Assembly (NCBI RefSeq): GCF_009914755.1
Contig: NC_060946.1
Source of the DNA: the human T2T-CHM13v2.0 reference genome, Homo sapiens
Direction: 5' to 3' (one strand)
Length of the DNA: 64,000 nt
Numbering within the stretch: position 1 is the stretch's first letter; each line of letters opens with the position of its first letter. The position numbers and the translations under genes were made by a program. Below the pieces are notes generated by a model. It was not told the origin of the DNA. It saw only the letters and a program-made list of their open reading frames with translations, and made no database searches. Below, piece after piece: positions 13,662 through 29,975 of the stretch.

Positions 13662-13998
<337 letters not shown>

Positions 13999-14159
13999 TA
14001 AAACAGCCCTATAAGGTAGGTATTATTATTTTATATTTTATAGATTGAAGGCATTGAGATTCAGAGACGTTAACTAGCTTGCCTGATGTCACACAGCAAA
14101 TACTCCTAGCGCTGAGATTCAAACCCAGGCCTACTGGCTGTAGAACTCTAACCATTGTG

Positions 14160-14392
14160 GCAGTGTTCTCAGCTTTTTTTCATTATTGCACACTCTGAAA
14201 AGCCTTTTAAGACATTTATTCCCCTTAATCATTTCCCCTATGATGAAATGTTAATACCACAGATAAGCTATATATTCCTTTATGTGTATTTGTGCTTTAT
14301 ACATAAAAAGAGTAAAATTTTTTTTACCACCACTTCTAAGAATCAGTTTTTGCTCTTCTCAGGGGCAATATCCTCCCCACTGAGAATACATG
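14160..14392. mobile_element. MER112-like hAT-Charlie MITE
   Basis: cagtgttctca...ttaataccacagata...gctttatacataaaaagagtaa...tgagaatacatg. Confidence 0.65.
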
Positions 14393-15242
14393 ATGCAGGG
14401 AATATTGTGTTTCTAATAATAATAACTATAATAACAGTTCCACTTTTGGAATATTTTCTAAGCATGTGACATTATTAAATCTTTTGGTCCTCATGACAGC
14501 CACATGAGGACTAGATTTAATTAGTTAATTATTAATGAATTAACTAGTTAATTAATTTGCCCCAAATCAGGTAACCAGGAAAGGGCAGATCCTCAATCTC
14601 TTTTAACTGCTGGGCTATACTGCTTCTCCACTGGGGTTATTCCAGTGTTTTGCTGAACACCTACTCTACATCTGGCTCATGCTAAAAGCTAGAGATACAG
14701 TGGGAAGAGGCACAGTCTCTCACAATGTAGTTGTGCTGTGAATCGCATGTGTCTGAGGGTGGAAGTCAGGTCAGGCTGTATCGAGGTGCTTAGCACAGTG
14801 CTTGTTGCATTGTAGGTATGCAATGAATAGTAGTGGGGAGATTATAGGATTTTGCAAGCCTGCCTCTAAGCTGTGAGTGCAGGCCCTAGAATGTTATCCT
14901 CACCTCTTCCTAGGCTCCATTAGGTCTGGGAAGCCCTAGGGCAGCCTCTGTTACCCAGATTGTGCCTAGCCCTGGCCCCTTCTAGATTGAGTCTTGTTTC
15001 CCCTACACTAGAGCTGGTAGTACAGGTTCAGCCCAGCAATCGGTGCTCAGTGAAATGTATGTGGTTTATAGTTGGGTTGGGCAGGGAGTGGGTGGCAGGA
15101 AGCTCACAGGAAGCCCACCGGGGGCTGAGGCCAGGATGGGGACTGGCCCAAGCAGGGGCCGTGGAAAAGGTGGACCTGTGTGAGGTGGCAGTGGCAGCAC
15201 CTGGGCCATCAGTGACATGTGGCCCCATGCTGCCCCCAACAG

Positions 15243-15385
15243 TGGAGAAGATCCGAGCCACCTTCACTGTCCTCCGGGCCTTCGGCTCTGTGTCCATGGC
15301 CCACAGCCGCAGTGCCACCCGGTTCTCCATGGTGATGTCGCTGGACTTCAACGCTACAGGCCGCATCACAGCTGCTCAGCTCCAG
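15243..15385 (+). CDS. MYO18B: MYO18B exon (probably 9), 143 nt, phase 1-0; switch-I region
   Basis: ccccaacag|TG GAG...CTC CAG|gtgagg; (V)[47 protein letters not shown]. Confidence 0.97.
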
Positions 15386-15504
15386 GTGAGGCCTCTCGGG
15401 GGATGTGCAAGGGGGCCCTTGGGGCTGCTGTGTCTCTAACCCCGGGACTCAGCAGAGCCCACGCCTCCAGCTGGGACTCTAGGATGTGTCTGAAATGGTC
15501 ATGG

Positions 15505-15834
<330 letters not shown>

Positions 15835-16499
15835 TGAAATGGTCATGGATCCCCTAGCTGGGGCCAGTTGCTCCCCACCTCGCTAGGTGCCCTGGAACGT
15901 CCCCTTCTGGAGCAAGCCAGCCCGTCTGTGCTTCAGACTTTCAGGCGGATGAAATATTCATGAGCAAATAGAGAATTCAGGCTGTCATTAGCCGGGTCTT
16001 AAAAGCGCAAGTTGAAATTAAACAGACGCTTGCCAGCCTTCTGCAGCAGTCCGCGTGTGACGAACACATGGCCTGTTTGTTCCTATCTCCAAAATCACCC
16101 ATACTCCTCCCCGTCTCCCTCAAACATCCTGTTTGAACAGAAAATAGGATTAGGTTATTAGAAGGGTTGTTTGTAACATGGAGCTGGTATAATATCCAGA
16201 CTCAAGGAAAACCCCTTCATGCCAAATAAGTCCCTTTTCTGTCCTGGCCCTGAAATCCTACCCTTAATCACTATTTGGGTTAAGGTATTAAAGGCTTCTA
16301 TTAAAAAGGGAATATGTTGGAAGGTGGCCTCATTTGATTGTTATTACCTTTGATACCTTAATTGAAATGAATCTATTGCATTAGTTAATTTCCTAGGTGG
16401 ACTCTGAATTAGTGAGACAAAGGATTGAGAAGTTCTGACGTGGAGGTTGCCAGCAAAATTAATTTGGACCTGAGATGTTGTCTCGAAGAGTGGATCAGA

Positions 16500-17083
<584 letters not shown>

Positions 17084-17187
17084 TTAGCTTCTGCCCAGCA
17101 CTGAGAGGCCGTGGGACCCAGGGATTAGGAACATGGCGTCCGATTCCAGCTGTCTGGGTACACGCAGCTCATGGGCTGGGTGACTTT

Positions 17188-17409
17188 GGTCACATGTCAT
17201 CCACCCTGAGCCGCGGTTTCTTCCTTTGTAATGTGGAAACAACACCTTGCATAGACCTTATAGGATTAAGAGAGATAATTTACATTCAGCTCTTTATAGG
17301 TCACATGTCATCCACCCTGAGCCTCGGTTTCTTCCTTTGTAATGTGGAAACAACACCTTGCATAGACCTTATAGGATTAAGAGAGATAATTTACATTCAG
17401 CTCTTTATA
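17188..17409. repeat. Tandem duplication, 2 x 111 bp, inside a MIR
   Basis: 17188-17298 and 17299-17409 differ at one position by eye (gagccgcgg vs gagcctcgg). Confidence 0.95.
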
Positions 17410-20400
17410 AATGCTGGGAGTCAAGGCTGTCTGCTGTGATAGTGGCATGTCAGTACTGGCCCTGGCAGCGGTATGGGAAGAGGGAGAGGGACAGCAGACC
17501 CCCATGTCTTCCAGAAGTTTCTAAACTTTTGTGGGAGCTTTGGGTGTATGGTAGGGTATGCCTACATGAGGTTCCTCAGGATGGACCTGGAGCTGAGTGG
17601 AGCAGTGAGCTGGGTAGTCAGGCAAGCCTCATCTTGGAGGGCCTCCTGGAGGAGGTGGCCTAAAAAGCCATCTCTGCCCTTCCCCAAATCTACAGGGCAT
17701 CCTTAGGCATGTGGCTCATGTGGCTTCCTCTCCCAGAGCCTTGGTTTCCTCCTCTGTTGGATGGATGGGCATGGTCCTAGTGAAGTGTCGGGGAGAGGAA
17801 AAAGTGGGTTTTCCCACATGAGGGGTGATAATTTGTGGTTACTGTGCTCTAACCTCACCATTGTTTGTTCCCCAACCTTCCCTCCCCATCTGAAGGACAG
17901 CCTCAACCTGTCTGGAGTGTCCTGGCTAAGGCTGGAGGGACAGCTGTAACCTGCAGAGAGAAGGCAGAGTAGAGAGGGAACTCCCAGTTTTTAGAGTGAT
18001 TGTAACTGAGCAGCAGGGAAACTTCTAGAAGATCTTGAGAATCTGTAGAAGAACTTGGAGTGGGGTGGTATAGCAGAGTGACAGGTACCACAGACTCGAG
18101 GACAAGGCTGTGTGGATTTGTATGTTGGCTTCTCCACTTGTTGGCTGTGTGACCTTGAGCTAATGACTTCACCTCTCTGAGCCTGACTTTCCTTATCTAC
18201 AAAAATAGATGTGACTGTATCCCAGTGTTGTGGTGAGGATTAAAATATGAACAGGCAGACAATACTTCTTAAAATAGTGCCCGGACATAGCAAATGCTTT
18301 GTGTGTGTGTGTTCTTGTTTTTGGAGGATTTGATCTGCCTTGATACCCCTGACAGGCCCTGACCAGGCCCTGACCAGGTCATCCAAAGAAATGACTTTGG
18401 ATTCAGAGAGACATGGGTTTGATCTGGGCTTTGCCCCACATGGGCTTCTCTGAGCCTTGGTTTCTCCTCCTGTAAAATGGGTTCCTACTAGTGCCAACCC
18501 CGTAGGCATTTAAATGAGATTGCATGTCAAGGCAGCAGGGGCCATGTGCGGTGCATAGTAATGGTGTAATGTGGGAAGGAGTAGGTAGGTGGGCCCTGAA
18601 CATAGGAATCCCACTTTCAGCCCCGTGGCCTCACCTCTTGGGACCTCCATTTTCTCACCTCTCAGAACATCTCTCCGACACACACATCACCCTTGTTCCA
18701 GCCCTGGAGTTCCACACTGGGGCTCTCTCTTCTGTACCCCATGGGTGGGGCTTGGCTCTGGGGATAGAAGCATTGCCTCCTGGAGAGGGGGATTTGGAGG
18801 CTTACCCTGGGGTGGGCCCAGGAAGGATGAGGCTCAACTGTGGCTAGCAGAGGATGCCAGACGTTCATTCCAAGCCAGGCCTAGGCCAGGGGCCCTCCAT
18901 GCTGGTGGCATCCTTATTGAGTTTGGCATCCTTAGGAGCTGGGCCAAAGCTGCCTCTGAGAGGAAGAGGTGGCCCAGATGAGTTTCAGGGACCCTAAGAG
19001 AGTGAGTAAAGTGCTTGGAGCAACTCAGCCCCCTCAGGGAGTCATTGTCATTCTGAAGCCTCATTGGTGATCCCCCAATTACTTCCCTTTCTCTACCTCT
19101 GCTGCTGCCAACTTGGTCCGTCACCCATATAGAAGCTTCCAAAGGTCAAAAACGGGTTCTCACTTGCACAAATGTCCTTTCTCCCATGCACTCATGTGGG
19201 AAACTCCTATTCATCCTTCAAAACCCTACTCCAGATCCCTTTTTTAGAGGAGCACTGCCTGATTCTTGCTCCTCAGTTTCTCCTTTATACTGTTTTGGTG
19301 CCTGGTATGTGCTTCTGGTTCAAAAACCTGCCAGCGCAGTCTCCCTTCCTCACCAGATGGACTGGGAGATCTTTGAATCGGGGCCCTGTCATTGTTCTTT
19401 CTGCCTTCCCAGTACCTAGCCCAGGGCTTGGCACCAGGTAGATGCTTCTTAATTATTTGTCAGATTTAATTTCCAGTGAATGGAAGAGAGTGTGAGGAAA
19501 ACAGAGCACTTACTCCATGCCAGCCTGGCAGTGTGAGTTTATGTATAATATCTCATTTAATCCTGGGAGGCAAGTAGAGTAGGGGGCCCATTTTACAGAT
19601 AAGAAAAAGTGAGTTGCAGAGAAGAGAATTACCTTGTCTGCCACATGGCAGCACTGGGGTTGGACTTGAAGCCTAGCTGGTAAGACTCCTTCAAAGTCAC
19701 GAGGCAGAGAGGGGTGTGGGGTCTGTAGAGAATCCAGGGAGAGGACGCTGAAGGCCTCAGAACCAGACAAGCTGGCTGGAGACTGATGAGTAATCCCCAC
19801 TTTCCAGGAACCAATTTGAACCAACGTGGGATTGGGGATCCTAGGCTGGGCTCTACAATGCTTTTGTGAGTAGAGAGTGTGATTCGAAGGGGCAGGGGGC
19901 ATAGCTGTGCCCACCCCGCCTTTGGCTTGCATTCCTCAAGCCTGCAAAAGTGGGTGGCCCATCTGCTGGTCTCACTCTCGAGGAACCTGCAGGTTGAACA
20001 CGGGAAGGAGCCTTAAACATTGTGTTGCTTCATAAAGTGCAGACTGAGGCCGGGAGAGGCGCACGTGGCAGGATAGCGCGGAGTCTGGGCTGGAGGGGCC
20101 AACAGACCTCAGCTCAGCTTCTGGTTGCATGCTTGCTAGCTGTGAAGTCTTGGGGCAGGTACCCACTCTCAGTGCCTCTGTTTTGTCAACTGTAAAATGG
20201 AAATAATATTTGTACCCATGGAGTGGGGCTGTCATGAGTCATCTTAGGACTTAGCATGCAGTAAGGGCTCGTTCATGTTGACTGTTTTAATATTATCCTT
20301 GAGTGAGGTCGCTCAGCTGATTAGAAGATCTGGGGTTAGTCCCTGCTCTCCTGATTTTCCTCTACAACCCTTTCTCCTGGGATTTCCTGGCCTTTAGGAA

Positions 20401-20603
20401 GGGCCAAGTGAGGGCTGTGCGTGAGGAATATTTGGGAGATTGAAGATATCCCAGGGCAGAGTTAGTGGGGCCAAGGCCAGGGACAGGGACAGCCCCTGGG
20501 GTGTCCGGGCAGTTGTGTGGAGCCTCACACTGTGACGACCACCTGCCCTGCCAGGGCTGGTGTGGACAGCCCCCCTGACTCCTGGTTCCTTCTGTGCTTC
20601 CAG

Positions 20604-20667
20604 GACGGAGCTGAACCTGCACCAGATGGCAGATAGCAGCTCCTTTGGCATGGGCGTGTGGTCCAAG
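20604..20667 (+). CDS. MYO18B: MYO18B exon (probably 11), 64 nt, phase 2-0
   Basis: gcttccag|G ACG...TCC AAG|gtaagg; (R)TELNLHQMADSSSFGMGVWSK; phases fit both neighbours. Confidence 0.95.
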
Positions 20668-21619
20668 GTAAGGAGGAGGTCCCTCACGGGTGGGATGTGA
20701 GTCTGTGTCTGGGGCTAGATGGGAGGGTGATGAGTCGCCGTGCAACTTGTCTCTTTTGGTACTGGGGTTCATAGTTGGCAAGGGTTGGTCATGTGGAAGA
20801 GTCGGCACTGCCTTTGTAGGGTCTCGGCTTATTGGGTAAAGAAGACTCAGACAAATAAAGGAAACCAGACATAGTATACGTAGAGGTAGGATTAGGGCCC
20901 TGGAATCAGTCTAGTTCAAGCCCCAGCTCTGACACTTGTTACGTAGGTGAACCTCAGGCATGGACCTTAACCTCCCGGTAGGTCTGTCTCTTCTTCAGTA
21001 CAGTAATGATAGTAGCAGTATCTGCCTCATAGGGTTGTTGTGAGGGTGAAATGACATGATGTGTATAACGTGCTTAGAACAGGGCTTGGCCTAAATCAAT
21101 CAATAGGGTGCTCTTTGTCAGTACTAGTGGTGGTTAACTTGGGTAGGGGCACTCAGCGATGGTTTCCTGATGAATATAGTCTATGAGTGGGGCTGAGAGT
21201 TAGGTATTTCATTGCTTAAAAAAGCAAATGGTTCACTGGTTTGATATTTTATTATTCAATTATTTTAACCATTGTTTTCTCCCTTCTCTCGCAAATACCT
21301 TCATCACCACCTATGCTGGGCCTGTGTTGTGTTAGGTGTATGTTCCTGCTGAGTGCTAGGAGTATGATCCTCATCCATGGATTTTCACTTTAGCAGGAGA
21401 CACAGACTTGGAAATTAATGCAATCATGTGAGATAAGAATATGTCAGAGGTTGCATGAAATGCTGCGGGCACCACAAGATAGCTGATAGAGCTACTTGGA
21501 CTTTGCCAGGGAAGACTTCTTAGCCAAGGGAACATTTGGCCTGGGTTTTGAAGGATGAATAGGAGTTCACCAGATGGAGGGAAGTAGATAATTTCCACTC
21601 CAAAGCCTCTTTTCAAATA

Positions 21620-22108
21620 TACATGTCTGGGAAACAAATAGTGCTGGAATAATTGGATATCCTGGTGCAAAAAAAAAAAAAAATCCATATTTCACATGAT
21701 ATACTAAAATTAACAAAAAATGAGTCACAGATCTAATTGCAAAACTTCAAACCACAAAATTTCTAGAATAAAGGTGAGAAAAATCTCTGTAACCCTGAGC
21801 TGGGCAAAGATTTCTTAAATGAGACATCAAAATCCCAGTCCATAAGAGAACAAATTAACTTTATCAAAAGGAACAGCATCTGCTCTCTTAAAGTCACTAT
21901 TAGTATGAAGAAGCAAGCCACCGACTGGGAGAAAATATTTGCAAATCACTTATCTGATAAAGGATTTTTATCTAGAATATAAAAGTAATTCTCAAAACTC
22001 AACCCAACAAAAAAGATGGGCAAAATATGGAACATACAAAAAAAATGTAAATGGATGGCAACTAAGCACATGAAAATATGCTCAACATCATTGGTCATTA
22101 AAGAAATT
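21620..22108 (+). mobile_element. L1M fragment (ORF2 3' region)
   Basis: aagcaagccaccgactgggagaaaatatttgcaaatcacttatctgataaagga...tgctcaacatcatt. Confidence 0.85.
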
Positions 22109-22109
22109 C

Positions 22110-22420
22110 AGCCAGTGCGGTGGCTCACGCCTGTAATCCCAGCACTTTGGGAGGCCGAGGTGGGCAGATCACCTGAGGTGAGGAGTTTGAGACCAGCCTG
22201 GCCAACATGGTGAAACCCCATCTCTACTAAAAATACTAAAAATTAGCTGAGCGTGGTGGCACATGCCTGTAGTTCCAGCTGCTTGGGAGGCTGAGTCAGG
22301 AGAATTGCTTGAATCCAGGAGGTGGAGGTTGCAATGAGCAGAGATTGTGCCACTGCACTCCAGCGTGGGAGACAGAGCGAGACTCTGTCTCAGAAAAAAA
22401 AAGAAAAAAGAAAAAAAAAT
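22110..22420 (+). mobile_element. AluS
   Basis: Full dimer with A tail. Confidence 0.92.
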
Positions 22421-22442
22421 TGCTAAGCCTGTGTGCGTGCAG

Positions 22443-22443
22443 G

Positions 22444-22491
<48 letters not shown>
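22443..22491. repeat. (GC)4(AC)20 microsatellite
   Basis: Direct read. Confidence 0.95.
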
Positions 22492-22495
<4 letters not shown>

Positions 22496-22519
22496 CTGTC
22501 TTACACAGTGCTGAGTATT

Positions 22520-22635
22520 ATCTGCAGAGTTTCTAATTCAGTAGCTCTGGGTGAGGCCTGAGAATGTGCCTTTCTCACAAGTTCACAGCAATGCTGATGC
22601 TGCTGGTCCAGGGACCCCGCTTTGAGAACCACTGT
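22520..22635. mobile_element. MER5A half element
   Basis: tgctgatgctgctggtccagggaccccgctttgagaaccactg. Confidence 0.8.
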
Positions 22636-23538
22636 TGTAGAGTCTGTTTCTGCACTGGGTGAGGTGATGTGTCTGCCCCGTCTTTGAACTCTGGGGGCTA
22701 ATCTACTTGTCACCTTATAAGTATGTCCCAAATATTGTATGGGCAAACCTGGAGAGTTGGGGGCATATCAGAGAGGCTGCTTGGAAGAGGTGACCAAGAG
22801 CTGGCCATGAGAATGAGAATGAAATTTCTTTCATTCTCAAAACTCATGCATGAAACAAGCTGGAATGAGAATGAAATGAACAGATGCAACGAGGCTGGCA
22901 TTCTTGCTAAACCAAATACTAGGGGGGCAGCTTCTTTACTTGGGGGACTCAGCAGTGTGTTCTTTTTTCATACCCTTTACCCCGTGATCTGGGGTCATGA
23001 GGAGCCCAGACCTCCACCTTGAAGGCAAGAGATGAGAAATTACCTCAGCACTGATTTTTCTCATTCGTTTAATGAGCTTTGGCCCAAAATATCCGTATGA
23101 ATCAGCAGAAGAGTAGTTGTTTATTTTCCTACTGTTTTTGAGAAGGAAAAGGACCCAAGCTGGGGTCCTCTGAGCTTTCCCCCAACCTGACCTGTTTGTT
23201 AACAGTCTGCATAAAGCCATTGGTCACAGCGTGAATTTGTGTCAAAGAAGCATTTGAAGTGGTTTGCTTTTTTTCCTCTTTATTTCTGTGGGGCATTTTT
23301 TAGACCAATTGATTTGCAGGAACTGGTAGGGTGTTTCTTTGTTCTCTCTCTGCTACCTGGCAGGTATCAAGAGAATGTTTTCTCTGTTCTTTCAGAAGAA
23401 AAATAAAGTCTGAAAATTCATTGGTCTTTGATACAAGCCTGGGCTAGTTACTGGGGTCGGGTAGGCCAGGTACAGCTTCATTAAGGGAATCTGGTGATCA
23501 GGATATGTCCCCCAATAATGGGAGTTGCTAAGTCCCCA

Positions 23539-23858
23539 AGGCTGTCAGGCTTAGCAAATCATACAGGATGCCCAGTTAAATGTGAGTTTCAGATAAACAT
23601 TGAATAATGTTTTAGTATAAGCATGTCCCAAATATTGCACAGGGAAGCCTGAAGGGTTGGGAGCCTATCAGGGCAGGCTGCCTGGAGGAGTGGACCACAA
23701 GCTGGTCCTGGAGTGAGAGTGAAAGTAGTCAGATGCAGTGAGGCCAGCATTCTTGCTGTACCAAATATTGTGGGGGACATATTTATGAAAAAAATTATCC
23801 ATTGTTTATCTGAAATTCAGATTTGACTGGATGGCTTGCATTTTCTTTGGCAACTCTA
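23539..23858. mobile_element. MER53-like palindromic hAT MITE with central ~120-bp insertion
   Basis: Inverted arms tttcagataaacattgaataat / attatccattgtttatctgaaa; centre duplicated as ccaaatattg. Confidence 0.8.
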
Positions 23859-24199
23859 CAACCCAACTTCAACCCAACTTCATCCCTGGCTGAGCCCTCC
23901 TCCTTCCTTCTCCTCCTAGCCAGCCCCCGTACTATGATTAATTCTGCTTCTGTTTCATCTGTAACAGCTGGTTCCATCTCCACTGAAAACTCACTGGCGA
24001 CAGTGGAGTCTGACGTAGTGATGTTCGAATCCCAGTACCAGCGGTTAAGCTGGGTGGCCTTAAGCAAGTGACCTCATCTCCTTGGGCCTCGATTTTTTCC
24101 TTTTCGAAAACTAGGAGAGCAAGAGTCCACCTTGACCTCAAATGAAATGAGATAAAGCCAATGAAGTACTTCGGCAGTGCCTGACACTTCCAATGTCAG

Positions 24200-24310
24200 C
24201 CCTTCTTCTTCTTCTTTCTTCCTTCTTTCTTTTTCTTCTCTTTCTCCTTCTCCTCCTTCTTCTTCCTCCTCCTCCTCCTCCTCTTCCTCCTCCTCCTCCT
24301 CCTCCATCAT
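24200..24310. repeat. (CTT/CCT)n low-complexity tract
   Basis: Direct read. Confidence 0.9.
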
Positions 24311-24510
24311 CAAGGATGGCAGCATTGGGCAAGTTGGGAGGGCTTAGCCTGCTCCCCAACAGCAAGACACGCTACCTAGCCACTCAGTTCCCATTCCATG
24401 TTCCTTGGCAGCACGTCTTGTTTTCTCTCTTACTGAATTTATCTCTATTCTCTTCTAATTCATATTTTTAATGAAGCATCTGTTTAAAAAAAAACAAAAA
24501 ACTAAATTAT

Positions 24511-24805
<295 letters not shown>

Positions 24806-24917
24806 TAACGAAATTACTACATACTTCTTATGGAGAAATCAGAAAAAACACAAGGGCAAAACCAAAAACCAGAATACACACACACACTCGAGCAAACCAG
24901 AAAACAAGCGCGATTGA

Positions 24918-25328
<411 letters not shown>

Positions 25329-25424
25329 AACTTTCACAAATATTATTTTTAATGACCAGACATTCATGGAGGGGACGTGGTTCACTGAACTGCTGTTTCC
25401 CTAATGTCCATTTACATGGTTTTA

Positions 25425-25494
25425 TTTATTTTTATTTTTTAATTATACTTTAAGTTTTAGGGTACATGTGCACAACGTGCAGGTTAGTTACATA
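25425..25494 (-). mobile_element. Very short young L1PA 3' end (L1PA3-like) with 16-bp TSD
   Basis: attatactttaagttttagggtacatgtgcacaacgtgcaggttagttacata; TSD catttacatggtttta at 25409-25424 and 25495-25510. Confidence 0.9.
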
Positions 25495-27555
25495 CATTTA
25501 CATGGTTTTAAACCTTTTTGTGGTTCTTAGTGATAAGGTGGGCGTCTGGCTTGTATTACCATCTCCGACTCCCAAACCTCCGTCTAAGGAGATGTCTCCA
25601 GTTATCGTCTTTCCTGTTGTCTCCTTGCTAACAGTCTCCCATCTCTGATCACACTGTTTGTTTATGATTTGTCTCCCCTCGGCCCTAAGTTCCATGAGGG
25701 TGGGAGTCTTACTTGTCTTGATCACTCCTGAATAGACAAGGCCTAGCACTCAGCCAGGCATACAGCAAGTGCTCAGTAAAGGTATGTTGAGTGAATAAAT
25801 GAACCAGCATGCCCAACTCACCACCACTTAACTAAAATCACATCTTTTCAATTTTCGAATCGTTTGCTACTGTGGTCAGCAGAGATCGGTTAATTAAACT
25901 TTATTTTCTCCCCAGTATCATTTCACTAGGTCTTTGGGGATCTCATGTCTGCCTTTGGACCCACTCCTTGGGTCCTGGGAGCTGGGGCAGTTGCTGGGAA
26001 TCTCTGAGGACCCAGAGAAGGGGATTAGAAAGCCTGGGGGTCCCATCCCTCAGTCATTGTGGGCAGCCTGGGGTCCTCAAATCTGGGCTGAGTAGTACTG
26101 TGGACCCAGCTCAGTGGGTGAACTCACTCAACCCCACCATCAGTGGCTCTTATTTGGGGATGGTCGCTAGAAGCTCATTGTCAATGGATATTTATTGGTC
26201 TTATTAGATGCCAGGTATTGGCACACAGAAATAACTCAACTGGGTCTCACCCATCAAGTGACTCACTTTTGGGAGGTGGTGATGGGCTGCCATGTCTACA
26301 TCAACAGATCATTCCAAGCTGGAGAGATAGATATGTGCCTGAGTGGAGGTGTATGTAGGCTGAGGCCAAGCTGGGAGGAGGAGAGGCATATCAGGGAGAG
26401 CTGCCTGGCGGAGGCAACCATGAGCTGGAGCTGGACTGAGAATGAATTAGACAGGTGCAGGGAGGCCAGTGTTCTGGCTACACTGAGCACCTGATGCAAA
26501 GGTAAACATGAATGGCCAGCCAAAGCAAGGACCCCAGGGTAAAAGTGTGGAGATCCCCAGTGTGGCGCTGGCCGGGTCCTCAGAGGCTGTGTGTACCCGG
26601 TGACTGCCAGTTTCTCCTCTTAGTCCTCACACTGCGCCCTTGCTGCCTGCCACATTGCAGCTTGTAAATGGAACTTACTTGAGATCTGCCAAGCACCAGG
26701 ATACATCTGAAATCACAAAGCTTTCATATTATTTTCGTCTTCTCTATAATTTCTTTTTTGCAACCTAGCCTAATTTTTTTTTTAAATGTGCCCAGCAGCA
26801 GTGGTAATAATAATAATAATCCTTGCCACCCAGCAGTTTGCTTCTGCCTGTCACATTCCAGGCCTTGGCCCGAGGCACATTTATTTTTTATGACCCAGTT
26901 GTCAACTGTTAGGGAATGGTGCCCAAATGGAAGGATGAGGGATCACTCACTCGTGCCAGGGGCTCTGCCAGGAGCTTGCTTTTACTTAATTCTCCCAACG
27001 GTTCTTTAAATAAGGAATTATGATCATATCTGTTTTTCAGAAGAAGTAGCCAGGCTCAGAGAGGTGAAGCTACTTGCCCAAAGGCACACAGCTTTTAAGT
27101 GGTGGAGTCGGGACTGGGATCCAGGTTGGCCTGACTTTAAATTTGGTACTTTCGTTCTTCCCACTGTCATCTCAGATCACGATTCAGATCGTGGCTGAAG
27201 ACAATGTGCTCTAAGGTCTGGTCCACGTTCACTCTTGGGTCACTTCTCCCAGCCTCAGTTTTTCACCTGTGGGATGGGTAAAGCAACACCGTTGGATGAC
27301 ACCAAGGATTGGGGGCTCAGTGACACTTACTGACCGTGCCCTTCCCCAAATGGGTGGCCTTGGGCAAGTAACTTCACCTCTCTGAGCCTCCATTGCCTCC
27401 TCTGTCGCTTGGAGAGACCTATGCCTGCCTCGTGGGGAAAAAGCACCCAGTACAACAGAATACGTGCTCAGTGAACACTTTCTCTCCTCTCCACTTAAAT
27501 GGACTCTTGATGCTGAGATAAGAAGTGGATTGGTGAGATGCTGAGCGACGGGTAG

Positions 27556-28175
<620 letters not shown>

Positions 28176-28402
28176 TAACTTGTTATAGAGTATGGGGCAT
28201 CAACTTGGGCAGCAATGGGGAACGGTGTCCCTGGAAGGTGGAACAGCCTGGGCGAAGGCATGGAGGGAGAGAGGCAGCAGTAAGTGGAAACCACCGTTTA
28301 TTGAGTACCACTGTGTGCTGGCCTCTGTGCTGGGTGCTTTACACACATAAACTCATTTAGTCCTCATAGCAGCCCTGGGAGGATGCTAAGATATGATTTC
28401 CA

Positions 28403-28797
<395 letters not shown>

Positions 28798-29112
28798 TAG
28801 AGGGCGTCCAGCTCTGACTCCAAATCCAAACCTGGCCTCTCTCTGGATTGTAGGAATCTCCTGGGCGCTCTAAGCCCAGCCTGGTTTAATGGAGAGAGAA
28901 TATTTTGGATTTTATTTTCTTTTACCAAATTACCTGAAGACTTTGATTGACCTTGAGACTTTACCTCAGACAAACCCTGGGCATCTTACAATTTGAATTT
29001 TATCCATTGATTTTTAAAAGTTGAGGTAAAACATAAAAGTGTATAACGTATACTAATTTTAAGTGTACAACACTATGTTTATATTCTCTCTCCCATATTC
29101 TTTCTCTCTCTC

Positions 29113-29975
<863 letters not shown>

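Noticed and set aside
17188-17409. Direct repeats as a CRISPR-like array
   Set aside because: Human DNA, two abutting units, no spacers; a simple tandem duplication.
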